Assembly (NCBI GenBank): GCA_965153455.1
Contig: OZ234493.1
Span: forward strand, 23,922,213 to 23,986,212
Source: Sphagnum compactum
Lineage: Eukaryota
DNA length: 64,000 bases
Reading direction: 5' to 3'
This document shows positions 1 through 11,718 of the stretch, piece by piece. Made by a program: the position numbers and the translations under genes. The stretch's first letter is position 1; every line of letters begins with the position of its first letter. The notes under the pieces were generated by a model. The model worked only from the letters and a program-made list of their open reading frames with translations, was not told the DNA's origin and did not search any database.

Positions 1-559
1 CTACAAACGCAATTTAACATATAGAATTACTCTTGCATCTTTCCTTCACCAATAGCTTTTGTGCTTCAAAGCATAGTCACCTTGTAGAACCGGGAGTAGA
101 GGGACGAGAAGTCGCCTCACACCCATCAGCTTGGGTTTAGGTTTCAAACGCACATGGGCAGCAAAAGGGCGCATATGCTCGGACAAATGGAGGGCATGAG
201 TTCGATAAGGACAACACACCAATCTAAACTCACTTGGGACATTCCATTTAGGATTCCCTCGACAATGTTTACATTCACATATCTTAGTGGTTTTGAAAAG
301 TGATGTGTAAATTGATTTTTTTCCCCTTAAATTAGTGCCTAGTTTGATACCTTTGAAATGTTGTTGCTAAACATTTGTTTTTTTTTTTCCCACAATGTTG
401 TCTTCTCCTCCCCTCTCAAAAATGAATTGTTGGACATATAAAGTCTAAGGCATGTTTGCAACATTTTCTTTTAAGAAATTAAGAGGAGTTTCAAGTGGAT
501 CATTTACTTTGCACCCAAGCATTTATTGCATCATTATACTTTGAAACAAGCCCCTTTCA

Positions 560-2080
560 AAAGGTGTATCCCCTTTGGTTTCCACCCTATCCGAACCTTT
601 TCCGCAAATGTGTAGTCTTTTCCCCTCCGAATGGATTTTGCACCCTTAAGGATGGTATTAAGGTTTTAGGAGTGCTTTTTGGTTCACTTGCTTTTACCTC
701 TTCCTTTCTTCAAGATTCTTTGGACAAAGATGTGCAACATGCAAAAACATTCCTAAGGTTAAGGGACATCTTTGGGGTCTTTTCACAATGTTTTTCCCAA
801 AGGCCTTCACATTTGTTGCGAATTCCCCCCCTTTCCAAGCTTCCAACACTCACTTTCATCCTCTAATTCAACTTTCATCCAAGTTTTTAGGAAGTTTTTA
901 GGTCCAAGCTTGTTGGAATATCCTAAAGGCTCTTAATTTGTCAACAAACTTCACTCCCCATTTCTAAAGGGGGTGTAACGTTCATTTTCATTCAAGTCAT
1001 TGCCTAACAACCTATTTGGGGCATTAAGTTTTTGTGGCCCCAATCATTGCCTTGTGATTCTTGTAGGACCATCGCCCATTCTTAATGGAAGCTATATGAA
1101 CACGTAATTTAGGTGTGCTTCCATTCTAGGCACAATTGAAGATGATAAGACTTATTTCCCCTTTTAGCACAACCTTGCATCTCCTCTCTTGATTAGTCTT
1201 TGGATAGAGGAACAAATCACCTTTAGGAAAACATGTCAGAGAGATTGCATAAGCATACATTTTTCAACATCATCTCAAACATGAATTTTGATCCTCCTTG
1301 TGCTCATTTGAAATCATGCATAAGCTTGGGTTTAAGGGCATAATTTTCTACATGCCCATTCATCCCATTATTTCATATGGCCTCTAGCATCTTTTCTTCA
1401 ACATTGCACACCAAGTTGGGTCTCCCCCACCCAATGGCTTTAAATTTAACACATTGCACCTATGGTCAACCCATAAACTGGATGGGGATACACCTTTTGG
1501 AGGGTTCTTGTGGAAGGGAATGTACTTCTTCTGATGATGTTGTTCGAAACACCTTTACTTCCATTGCCAAAAATGTTGGGTTTCATATTTTTCATAAACA
1601 AACACATGTTCTCTTCATGTTTTCACCCTTGCTTCAATCCTCACAGCAACAAGTTGACATTGTGTTATCCACAAATGGGGTCCGCACTACGGTTGATGTT
1701 GTCATTATCGATCCCACTCAAGAAAATCTAGTATTGAAAGTTGCTATTTTTAAAGGAGTTGTGACAATTATGACCCAAGTAAATGATGGGCTTTATTGTG
1801 ATCCACACCCATGGGATATGTTTTTATTTCTTGCTATGGACATATTTGGTTGTTTGCACCACCAAACAAACAAATTCCTACATCAATGTACAAATATGGC
1901 ATGGTCAACTATAGATAAGTAGAAGCCCTTCTTTGTTAGTTTTACAAGCATTTTATAAGCAAAAGATGGCAGTAGCCTTGTAAAGAGGCCAAGCCTCATC
2001 CATGTTGAGGTGGGCTCTCATCATTGACTAGGCCTTTTCTAGGCTTGGCACATATATTGGTGCTTTTCCCTCTTCAATTG
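560..2080 (+). mobile_element. Decayed CRE-like (restriction-like endonuclease type) non-LTR retrotransposon, 3' half
   Basis: Broken ORFs carry motifs typical of CRE-clade elements: RT-thumb-like GIKVLGVLFGS...CFSQRPSHLLR (ORF 495-866), QQTSLPISKGG (~942-975), a degenerate zinc knuckle HCTYGQP..MGIHLL..CG..SDDVVR, and an endonuclease-like VDIVLSTNGVRTTVDVVIIDP...LAMDIFG (ORF 1377-1922). There are many stops and frameshifts; boundaries are approximate. Confidence 0.75.
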
Positions 2081-2214
2081 CAGATGATGCCATGTGCTCT
2101 GTGCAGGTAACAAGAAGTGTCTGAACTGACCAGACCCAAAATCAATTCAGTACATGAAACTGAAAAGCACAAATTGCATGTCTTGTAACAAGAATCCTTC
2201 GAATATATAAAACT

Positions 2215-2625
2215 TCAGTTCTTGTTATGGGAAATTTTTGTTGTGTGTTGATGGGAAGTTTTTGAGGACTAATTTGGAGTGGTTTTTTTTTCCCCTAACT
2301 AATTTTCAGGCAGAAAAACAAGTGTTTTTGCAGGGCTGATGGTTGTTGAACATGATAAATAGGTATTCAGTTTTGTTCTGTTTTGCTGGGAAATTTTGTA
2401 GGACTAATTGGAGTGTTTTTGCTCCTTAACGAATTTTCAGGCAGAAAAACAAGTGTTTTTGCAGGGCTGATGATCGTTGAACTTGATAATAGGTATTCAG
2501 TTTTGTTGTGTATTGTTGGGAAATTTTTGAGGACTAATTGGAGTTTTTTGGTTTCCTAAACAAAACTTCAGGCAGAAAAACAAGTGTTCTTGCAGGCTTT
2601 GAACATGACAGATAGGTGTTCAGCT
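2215..2625. repeat. Tandem repeat, 131 bp unit, about 3 copies
   Basis: CAGGCAGAAAAACAAGTGTT recurs at 2307, 2438 and 2569 (period exactly 131), together with GGACTAATT and ATAGGT(A/G)TTCAG. Confidence 0.9.
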
Positions 2626-3280
2626 AGTTTGCTGCAAACTATTTCAGTTGCAACAGACCTTATAACTTCATCATAAAATTTGGTCACCTGCCAACAGCCT
2701 CCCAGAAATGATCATGCGCTCTTTCCAGTGACATGATGATCTGGAAAGGTTCCTTTCTTGCTGCAAGATTTGATGGAAGATTGGATCATTACATGATGAT
2801 TTGGAAAATTAAAATTAAAAATTGGTTTCTTGCTGAGCAAATCAGAATTTTGGCTTGTGAAGAATGAAAGAGAGAGATTGATTTGCTGCTGCAAATTGGA
2901 GTGTTGGGTTGTGGAGAAGCAAATCAAAAGCAAAAAAGATTTGCTGCAAATCAAAACTAACTTTGGGTTGTGAAGAATGACAAGTTCTTTAACTCACAGA
3001 GATTTGATTTTGCTGTGGAATTACTGTAACAAGAATTTGCAGCATGCTATGGATTCAGTATTGTACACAAACTTCTTGACTAGGAAAAGAAAAAGAAGAA
3101 TCTGTTGGAGGAATTCCATTTCTGGAATGTGCAATTTGGGACTGAGGCAATGCTTCTGCTGCTCAGTTGAAGAATCTAATCTCAAACTCCTGGGCTGCGA
3201 TAAGAACGGAGTGGAAGATTTCTTGGAACTGGATTTGAGAATTCTTGTCATGAATCTTCTTCTTCTATTGAAGTTGGTTG

Positions 3281-4182
3281 TCAATTCTCAGCTTTGCTCA
3301 GCTTCTTCTTCTGCCATGTCCGTTGGGTCATAGCAGCTGAAGTCACGATGTCCTTTGCAGGAGCAGCCGCAGCCGGAGAAGGAGAAGAAGTCGGAATGTT
3401 GTTCCTTCTCTTCTTCGGTGGCACCATTCCTGAAACTTGCTGGTTGCAGCATTTGAGGAGAAGATTGTGGAAGTATGGTCTGTCGAGCTCCTCTTGAATT
3501 TCTGATAGCAGTTCACGAACATTGACTTGTTCAGGTATTAGGGCACAATTTGTGAGCATGGACTGGAGCTGCTGATGAGCTTGCTCTCCCAGGTGGGATT
3601 CGATGTCCGACAGTAATTCTGCAACATTCACCCATTCAGGAAGAAGAGATTCCCCCTCCTTCTCCGCTGTCATATCTGAAAATACAGACTCCTCATCACA
3701 AGTCTCAAACACAGACTCCTCTTCCTCTTTCGAACTCACTTCTTCTTCCTCTTCCTCCTCTCCCTCGTTCTCGAGCATACTCGAGTTCCTGCAACCAAAA
3801 AAATCTGGTGAGCTTCCTTCTTGTCCAACTGCTGTTGCTACTGCTACTGTTACCAAGGTTTGTTTCCCTCAAGATCACGTCCAAAACACTTTCAAACTCT
3901 ATCTGATATCTTTACGCTGGACGCCAGCTAACCCTAACCCTAATCTTCTTCTTCTTCTTCTTCTTCTGGTCCTGATCTCTTTCTCTGTCTGTCTCTCTCT
4001 GCAATCGGCAACCGAAATTGCAACATGTGGATACTTGAATGCAGAACCTTTCCAAGTCTGTGGGAGAATGTAGGTCAGACGTACTTATACTCATTCCTGT
4101 CTTCTTCTTCTTCTTCTTCTTCTTCTGCTGCTCCTCGCCGCAGCAGCAGCAGCAGCTTCGTACCATGTTTCTTCTTGTGCAT
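3281..4182 (-). CDS. Candidate orphan acidic protein, two exons (4182-4085, 3788-3281), ~201 aa; the frame stays open upstream to ~4424 without an ATG
   Basis: Donor AA|GTACGT at 4084 and acceptor TTTTTTGGTTGCAG|G at 3789 are both phase 2 and join ORFs 4075-4398 and 3281-3856 in frame (...EEEEDRNEYK-NSSMLENEGEEEE...). The product has poly-E tracts, an internal repeat (LLPEWVNVAELLSDIESHL / LIPEQVNVRELLSEIQEEL) and an NLS-like PPKKRR. No known family recognised. Confidence 0.45.
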
Positions 4183-4423
4183 TTGGAGTGTAGTGAAGAA
4201 TTCTTCCGTCGGCCGCAGCGCCAGTGTAGTATCCTCCCACCAGAGGAGAGCATCCTCCTCAGAAAGTTCGAGTCGATGGTGGAACTGCGACTGCCGCAGG
4301 GGCTTCCGCAGTTGATTCCGCAGTTGATTCCAACCAGAAGCCACAAGAGCCTCTGCCCATTTTCTCAACGACTTTGCGTTCGTTCGGTCCCCTTGCACCT
4401 TCCCAGTAGTGTCTGTGTCAGAT

Positions 4424-5875
4424 CAGCCTTCTTTTTCTTTTGGCTAGCTATATAATAGCCAAAATGATATATTAAAAATTTAAAAAGTGCTATAACCAAG
4501 TGCTTTTTGAAAATTTCCATAGCCATAATTCGACCAATTTTTTTCAATAGCCATATTTCTGTGTATGGTTCAAGTACGTAGCCAAAAATATTAGAAGGAC
4601 TTTTTTTTAAATAATTAAATGTGTTATCATCATGCGCTTTTCGAGATTTTCAATAGCCATAATTAGACCAAAGTTTAAGAAAAATAGCCATATTTCTGTG
4701 CATGGCTCCACGCAAGTAGCCAAATATGTAGAAGGATTTTTGTATAATTACTTTCATATTTAGATTGTAGCCAAATTTGTCTAAATCTTCCTTCCTGTGG
4801 ATCATCGCCACTTTGGCTACATCACAAAATTGACCCCAACACAAAAATTTCACTGCTGTCTCTCTCAACCAGTGGAAGGTTTAGCCAAATTGGTGATGAT
4901 CCACAGGAAGATTTAGCCAAATTTTCCTAAAAGATAAATTTGAAAGTTATATTTCTGGCTACCTACTTGAACCTTGTACTACAAGGCGATTTTTCTTGAA
5001 TTTTGGACCAATTCTGGGGTTTGAAAATCTACAAAAAGAAAATTTAATTTTGGCACCTTTAATTTTAATATAGCTTTTTGGCTATATATATATATATATA
5101 GCCTACGAAAGAAAGGCTGCCCGTCTTTGTCTCTGTTGTGAACGTTCCCAAGAAGTTCTACAAAAAGGCGAACGCAATCCAAGGCTTTTCTGTTGTGCCT
5201 TTCGTAGTCAGCTTCAGGACCTCAGCCATTTTTTGTTATTGGCGAAATTTCACCAAAAAAAAGAAATTTTAAATTTTTAATTCGAAAATTAAGTGATTTT
5301 GGAGGTTTTCAATCGCCAGAAAGTGAAAATAAAAAATAAATAATCGCCAGACTTTTTATACTTGGTTTTCAGTGTGTAGCCAAAATTTACAAGGATGATA
5401 AAAGATTTGTACTTCATATTTGGTTTATAGCCATATTTGGCTAAATCTTCTCGGTCATGATCATCACTTTTTTATTTTCTTCCTATGGATGTATTTGTGA
5501 GCTTGATGCAGTCAATTTTTTTGGTGTGAAATTTCACTCGGATGTGATAAAAAAATTTGGGGCTATGATCCACACAAAGGCTTTTCTAAACAATTTTTTA
5601 GAAATTGTATTGTCTGACATGTCCCATAGCCAAATTTGGCTAAATGCTCCTATGGATGCGTGCCGATGTGACTACACCACAAAAATGGGGAAAAAAATCA
5701 TGGTTTGAAGTAGAGTGTTTCTTTTCTTTTCTTTTTCTTTTTTTTGGTTTTATTATTCTTCAATTTTGTGTTATCTAACATTTGGCAAATTTATGCCCAA
5801 AATAAAATAATAATAATAATAATAATAATAATTTACACCATTTTTTAAAATAAAATTTTCCTCTCTCTCAATTTT
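4424..5875. mobile_element. Cluster of short MITE-like repeats (TAGCCAAATTTGGCTA family), several copies in both orientations
   Basis: Recurrent motifs GTAGCCAAAAATAT, ATTTGGCTAAATCTTC and GGATGATCGCCACTTTGGCTAC. A copy begins CAGCC-T-rich at 4424 and ends A-rich-CACTG at 4855; another begins CAGCC at 5223. A perfect 16 bp palindrome lies at 5627-5642. Confidence 0.75.
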
Positions 5876-6669
5876 GTTGTGGCCGAACGACGGGTAACTG
5901 AACTTGAGACTCCTAGATTGTGTGGATGGTGAAGATACAATAACGGAAAACAGACTCAATCTCGCCGCCTCCATTCATGAGTGGCGGCGGATTTTGTTAC
6001 GATCGAAGGATCAAGCTGCCGAATGTGCATGGGCTGCATGAAGGTCGGTCTGTGGGGTTGCTGAAGATGACGGCGCTGTTAATGAATTGGTGCGGCGCTG
6101 CATTCATGGACGGGGGGGGGGTTATGCAAGTAAGGTAACTTCTGGAGGAAGCCAGGAGGAGGAGCAAAAAGAAAAAGGAGGGATTAGCAAGGAGAAAGGC
6201 AGAACTGGCAGTAGAGAGTGCGAGATTTTGTGAGTTGAGAGCTCAGAGAGAAGTCTGTTTCTTTTGTTGGTTGTTAGTTTTTACTTCCGCTGCGATTAGC
6301 GATTAGCCTTATGAAGCTTCTGATCTAAGGGTAATTGGGAGAGTAGAGTACAGGTGCTGTAGGACTAGTCGAGAGGAGCTATGGGAGCTTGTGCTGTCGG
6401 AGGATTTGTAAAGACTAATCTGTGAATGCCTGGAAGGTGGAGTTTGGTTTTGATAATTCGTGTGAATGATGCTGTAACTATGAATGTCAGTATAGAGCTA
6501 TGCACCGTGTGTCGTAATACTTCTCAATCAGAGTTAGGCAGGTAGAGCACTGGGGGTCCTGAATGTGGATCGCCGATGTGAGTGTATTGTGTGTGTGAAT
6601 CTGGATCAGTCTGAAGTGTTGTTCAATCTGGATGGGCTACGGCAGAGGGGTCCGGTTGCTTTCTGGGTC

Positions 6670-7295
6670 TCCTCCTTTTTGGTCACATTGTGATGTAGCT
6701 AAAGTGGTGATCGTAACCAGATTTGGAAATAAGAAAATATGAACAAATTTTTTTTAAAAAGAAAGTCTATTATCCTTCTATATTTTTGGCTACTTGTTGG
6801 AACTTAGGACAAACTTTGGTGATTTTTTAAAGTTATATTTCTTTTGAAATTTGGCAACTAAGAACTCAAAAAAACAATAAATTTTTCACCAAATTGAAAA
6901 AGAAATTCACAATTTGACAAAATTTCCCAATTTCTTTGTTAGAAAAATGACAAAATTTGTCCCCGAATATATATATATATATATATATATTGGTGGGGAA
7001 TATTGATTTTTATCACTTTTGCAATGTACCTAGCCAAAGTGATGATTATATATGTATATATATATAACTTTCATACCCGATCTGTAGATTTTGGCTACAT
7101 CTACATATTACCTTCCATAAAAATATTTGTAGAAAACAATTTATATTATTGGCTACTTGTTGGAATTTATCATAAAAATCTAGTGATTTGAAAACTTAAT
7201 TTTTTGAAATTTAATTGGTGAATGTGGTTTTTTCCATGAAAAACCTTTTGTGTATGTCAAAATTTGGTAAATTTTTCCTAATAAAAAAATCATTG
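6670..7295. mobile_element. Two further copies of the same short repeat family, separated by (TA)n
   Basis: TGTGATGTAGCTAAAGTGGTGATC, ATTTTTGGCTACTTGTTGGAAC, TAGCCAAAGTGATGAT and TTGGCTACTTGTTGGAATTTATCATAAAAATCT match the copies at 4424-5875 and 41660-41955. Confidence 0.7.
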
Positions 7296-7449
7296 TTAAT
7301 GGTGATATTGGTAATTTGTAATGCTCTCCAATTCTTGTTTTTAAGAAAACCTTTTAGTTATTGTTAAAACCTTGCAAATTTTTATTTATAAACACATCAC
7401 AGATTCAAAAAATTTACAAAGATGTAAAAAAAACGAGATAATTAAAAGG

Positions 7450-8200
7450 ACGTCAAGTAGGACAAACTAGATGTCAAAATCTTTCCATTTCAATAGCCAA
7501 TCGCTTGTAATAGGTCAGTTGTGGTGATGGGGGGTGTGTCTTGAAAGGGTGGAAGTTGGGAAGTAGTTAGGTTTATCACAATCACATGACTTAAAATGGA
7601 GGATATTTGCATCCTTTGCAACATGATTGAATTTTTTTATGATGAAAAATAACCAAAATAGAAAGAGAATGAAGCTCCAAACAACATTGGCACAATCATG
7701 TAAAAACACATCAACCTATTTATGTGGACACGTAAATACTTCAATTGCTAAAAGGAGGAATTGATCAATGCAGTGTCGGTCACAATAGCTCCTTTTTTTG
7801 GCTTGAACTACATCGAAGGTAGTGAATCTTTGAGTTGTGCAAAATTGGGGAAGTAAATCCACATGTGTCTAATAGCTTTAACAACATTAGTTAGGGTGCA
7901 AATTTCATCTTTCATGAGCACAATGTCTATTCATCAATGAGAGGAGTTGAATGTGGCTAAAGGAAGTGCATGTAGTTGTTTTCATCCCATGTGAAAGCCA
8001 ACATCTCACACAATGGCAGCAAAAGTGTTATGAACTTCATCATGGGTTCTTGTGCATTCGTTGCCATGGGTGCAACATAAAAGGTGGATACCCATAGGGT
8101 TGATGGGATGTATGCACACACATCAAGGTAGGCTTGCATTTGAAGGATGTGATAGTCCAAGCCATGTTTGAAGTAATGTGGAAAAAACTAGGGAAGATAA
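7450..8200 (-). mobile_element. Decayed CRE-like retrotransposon 3' fragment
   Basis: Reverse-complement similarity to 1400-2080 and 33950-34890: zinc knuckle CVCIHPINPMGIHLLCC(T)HGNECTRTHD and VFLHDCANVVWS (ORF 7515-7709), which matches KFLHQCTNMAWS in the first copy. Confidence 0.7.
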
Positions 8201-10769
8201 TTGAAAGGATAATAAGACTTATCGAAGTATAAGCCAATATTTTCTCTTTAAATTCATCTCCAATCTTCATAAGTGAGATTTAATTCAATGTGAATTCAAA
8301 AGTGCTTTCATTAATTCTTTAACGAAGATATTTTTATTTTGTAAAACATACGTTCAATCTTTTAAGAATTGTAAGTTTTTTTTTCTCAATATGATTATGT
8401 ACAATTTTAAAAAACAATTGTGATGTTATTCAAATTGTAATCACCCATAAGTCGTTTTACCCACATTTGCCTATATAAGAGTTATGGAATTTCAAAATTG
8501 TTTAAATCTTTCAATATTACCTTGAAAAATTATCAATTTTAATTTTGATATGTTTTTGGAAAAAACCATTGTTGATGTCCCCCCCCCCCCTTTAAATTGG
8601 CACAAAATCGGTCACTAAAAATAAAATAAAATCAATATAACCATTTTTTTAACATCATATTTGTTTATCAACATTAGTTATAGATTAATAAAAATGATTA
8701 ATTACAAACTTCAAAAAAAAATACTACAACATATTTTCTATATTTTTTTAAAATAGTGTAGCAATACATTTTACCTTTGTAAAATGAAAAAAACACAACT
8801 TGGTGATATTTTGACATTAAATAGTTGAAATACGCCCCCGCCCTTTAGTCAACAAATTTTTTATTTTATCTTTGGTGGCAAAATTTTGCAAGTTGGTGGT
8901 TCTTTTTGGAGGGAAAATTAGAAAATAATTCAAGGAAAAAATTTCGAGGGGGGAGGGGGGGTCATTTTTTTTAATAAAAAAAATGCGAGTGAAAATATAA
9001 GGTGTTATATATGAGTTGTTGGGTAAAAGGTGTAATTTAATTACTTTAAAAAATGGTATTATTTATTCAAAAATATTTAAATAATTAATATAGCTTATGT
9101 CATAATTAAAATTAATATATGTTGGTTTAAAAATGTGAAGATTCAAAAAATTAAATAGCAATAGTGTATAAAAAAAAGGTTAAACAATCATCTAATACAT
9201 TCCAAAAAATGTCTTGTTTGATGCCCATGGGTTAGAACTCCAACACTTTTTAACCCCTATGAGAATAATGCAAGTTCAATGAATTTTTATTAAAATTTGA
9301 AATCACAAATTTGAAAAAACAAAAAGATTATTTGTCATGAATAATCTTTATTAATTTCAATGTTAAAAACATAAAACATTTCAACATCAAACTTATTTTA
9401 AATTTACATCAACATGAATATATATATGAAGTACGTCCACAATAAAATGAGCCACACACAACTCCTTTATTCCTTTCAAAAGGGCAAAAACTTGAAATTG
9501 GAAATTGAGATGACATGCAATCATTGCAATAATTTATGGTTTAACCACGTATTTGACTTGTACAATATATTCTTATAATATATTCTTGTTTATTTGAATT
9601 TTTCAATTAGCTTTATATTTATCCAAGAATTATTGGAAAGAAAATTGCAGATTCTAAATTTCATAATTTATTTATGTATTAATTCCAATGATGATCCGAA
9701 ACCATATAAAGTCTAATAATTATTCAATCAACATGAATATGAAAATTTTCCAAATGAATATATATTAATTTTGATCATTCTTATGTGACTTACTTAGGAC
9801 TTTAAGATTGGTTACAAATGTTTTCATATATAATTAAAAATCTATAGTAGGTTTTAAAACTTGTAGCCAAAACATAAAAGGATTTTAGCAAACTAATATT
9901 TCCATCTATTGTTAATAGTTAAAACATAGCTAAATTTTTTTATCACTGATCATCATTTGAACAACACCACAAAATTGAAAATAATAATAATTCATTGATG
10001 TCATTATTATGATATCACCATTTTTTAAAATAATTTAAAAATTCATCTCTAAATACTGAGACATAAATTTGTAACAAAACAAGCATAAAAAAAATTGTTA
10101 AATCATGGTAACAATAAAAATAATTATATACTCAAAAAAAATCTAGCTAGGATTTATATTTTTCATACATCAAAAAACAAAATGAAGAAATAATTTAAGG
10201 ATTTTTTTTGAGGTTTTGTTATTGTGGCATCATGAATATTTGTAATTAAAAACATGTTCAACAATGAATGAACTAAAGGAAAAAGATAAATTTAAATATA
10301 TGTAAATGTACGAGTTTGAACATTAATTTTTTTAATATTAAGGTCTACATGGACATTGGACTTTGTACATATGAACAATTTGACTTAATCTTTAATTCAA
10401 GTCTAAATGTGAAACATAAGAAACTTTTATACATCCTGGTGAGTGTAAAATGCAATTACATATTGATGAATTTAACACATTCAAAATGAATTATTCAACT
10501 CATGTGCAAATGTTAATAGTTCAAGAGATGTGAGGTCTTTATAAGATAATTTATTACAAATATTGACTTGTTTTCATTAGTTTATTTAGTTCTTTCATCA
10601 TGCTTCTTTCATTTATGCACTTATTGAAACCAAGCTTGATGAATATGGAAGGTTATATAATTTAGATGGTTGTTTAACAATTCACTATTCATGTTGTATG
10701 GAAATGTTAGGCCTTCACACTTCATACGCCCATATTGTGGGGAGAACATGAGTGTTGGAATAATGATGC

Positions 10770-11530
10770 GATTGTTAGCAAAAGGACATTAATGTTGGTA
10801 AAATCACATCAACACTTGGCATTGAACATCTTATTGGGCAAATGGCATCAATGCTTGAAAAATGACATAAGTTTTGAAAAAAAAAACAACCTTGCTAATT
10901 AAATGACATCAATGTTGGACACATACACAAGATCACCAACAATAATTTTGAATTTTTTTGCAATGGAAGGTTATTTGGCACTATTTAGATATCGAAAGTT
11001 TGTCTTTTGATAACACACATGCAAATCCAATTATGTGGGTTGCATCTTCACAAGTTTTGACCATTACACATAAGAAGAAAATGTGTCAGGACAATCTCAT
11101 ATTTCTTCTTGATAGCATAGTTGAATATAAGGATAGAATATCACCAACAACAATTTTGTAACATATTGCAATAAAAGATTAAAGCACAATTTAAACATGC
11201 AAAGCTTGTTTTGTGATAACACATGTAGATCCAATGTCATGCATTGTATATTCACAAGGGCCACTACACATAGGAAATGTTGACAAAAGGACATCAATAA
11301 TGTTAGACAAATGACATTGGTGCTTGAAAAAAAACGCTCATATTAGGCAAATGAAGGAAATGTGTTGGACAAATGATGTTGACAATGTTTGGCATTGAAT
11401 ATCTTTGTTGGACAAATGACATCAATTCTTTAAAAAGAACATCCAAAGGTTGTCTTTTAATAACACCTGTAAATCCAATTATGTGGGTTGCATCTTCACA
11501 AGTGTACTAACCATTACACATAAAAGGGAC
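10770..11530. repeat. Compound degenerate tandem repeat
   Basis: Short motif (TG)TTGGACAAATGACATCAATG recurs many times, interleaved with three copies of an ~80 bp block (TTTTGATAACAC..AATCCAATTATGTGGGTTGCATCTTCACAAG..ACCATTACACATA) at ~11000, ~11206 and ~11450. Confidence 0.7.
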
Positions 11531-11718
11531 CGCTATGTCTCTCTTGTTCAAAGACTTGGTCAATCAATGGTCCAGTTTATGAGTTCCATTACAAGACCTA
11601 CATTCCCAAATTATTTAAGGGAGAAGAAGACAATAGGTTACAAATGGTAGAACTAACAAAGAAATTGTAGAGTTGAAAGCTTTCAATTGAAAAGAAGAAG
11701 ACAAAAAATAATTGCTTG

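Noticed and set aside
60..240. GC-richer stretch with PFVRAYA / LQGD-like peptides on the minus strand
   Set aside because: Too short and cut by the window edge to support an RT or gene call.
3603..4455. Overlapping plus-strand ORFs (3603-4073, 4025-4315, 4039-4455)
   Set aside because: They stay open because of TTC/CAG microsatellites and give low-complexity products; the minus-strand spliced model explains the region better.
5950..6120. Resemblance to a miR319/159 precursor (AGCTGCCGA, TCCATTCATG)
   Set aside because: No mature TTGGACTGAAGGGAGCTCC-like sequence and no extended foldback.
6230..6360. miR390-site-like and miR529-like fragments suggesting TAS3/TAS6
   Set aside because: Matches are short with several mismatches, and there is no paired-site architecture.
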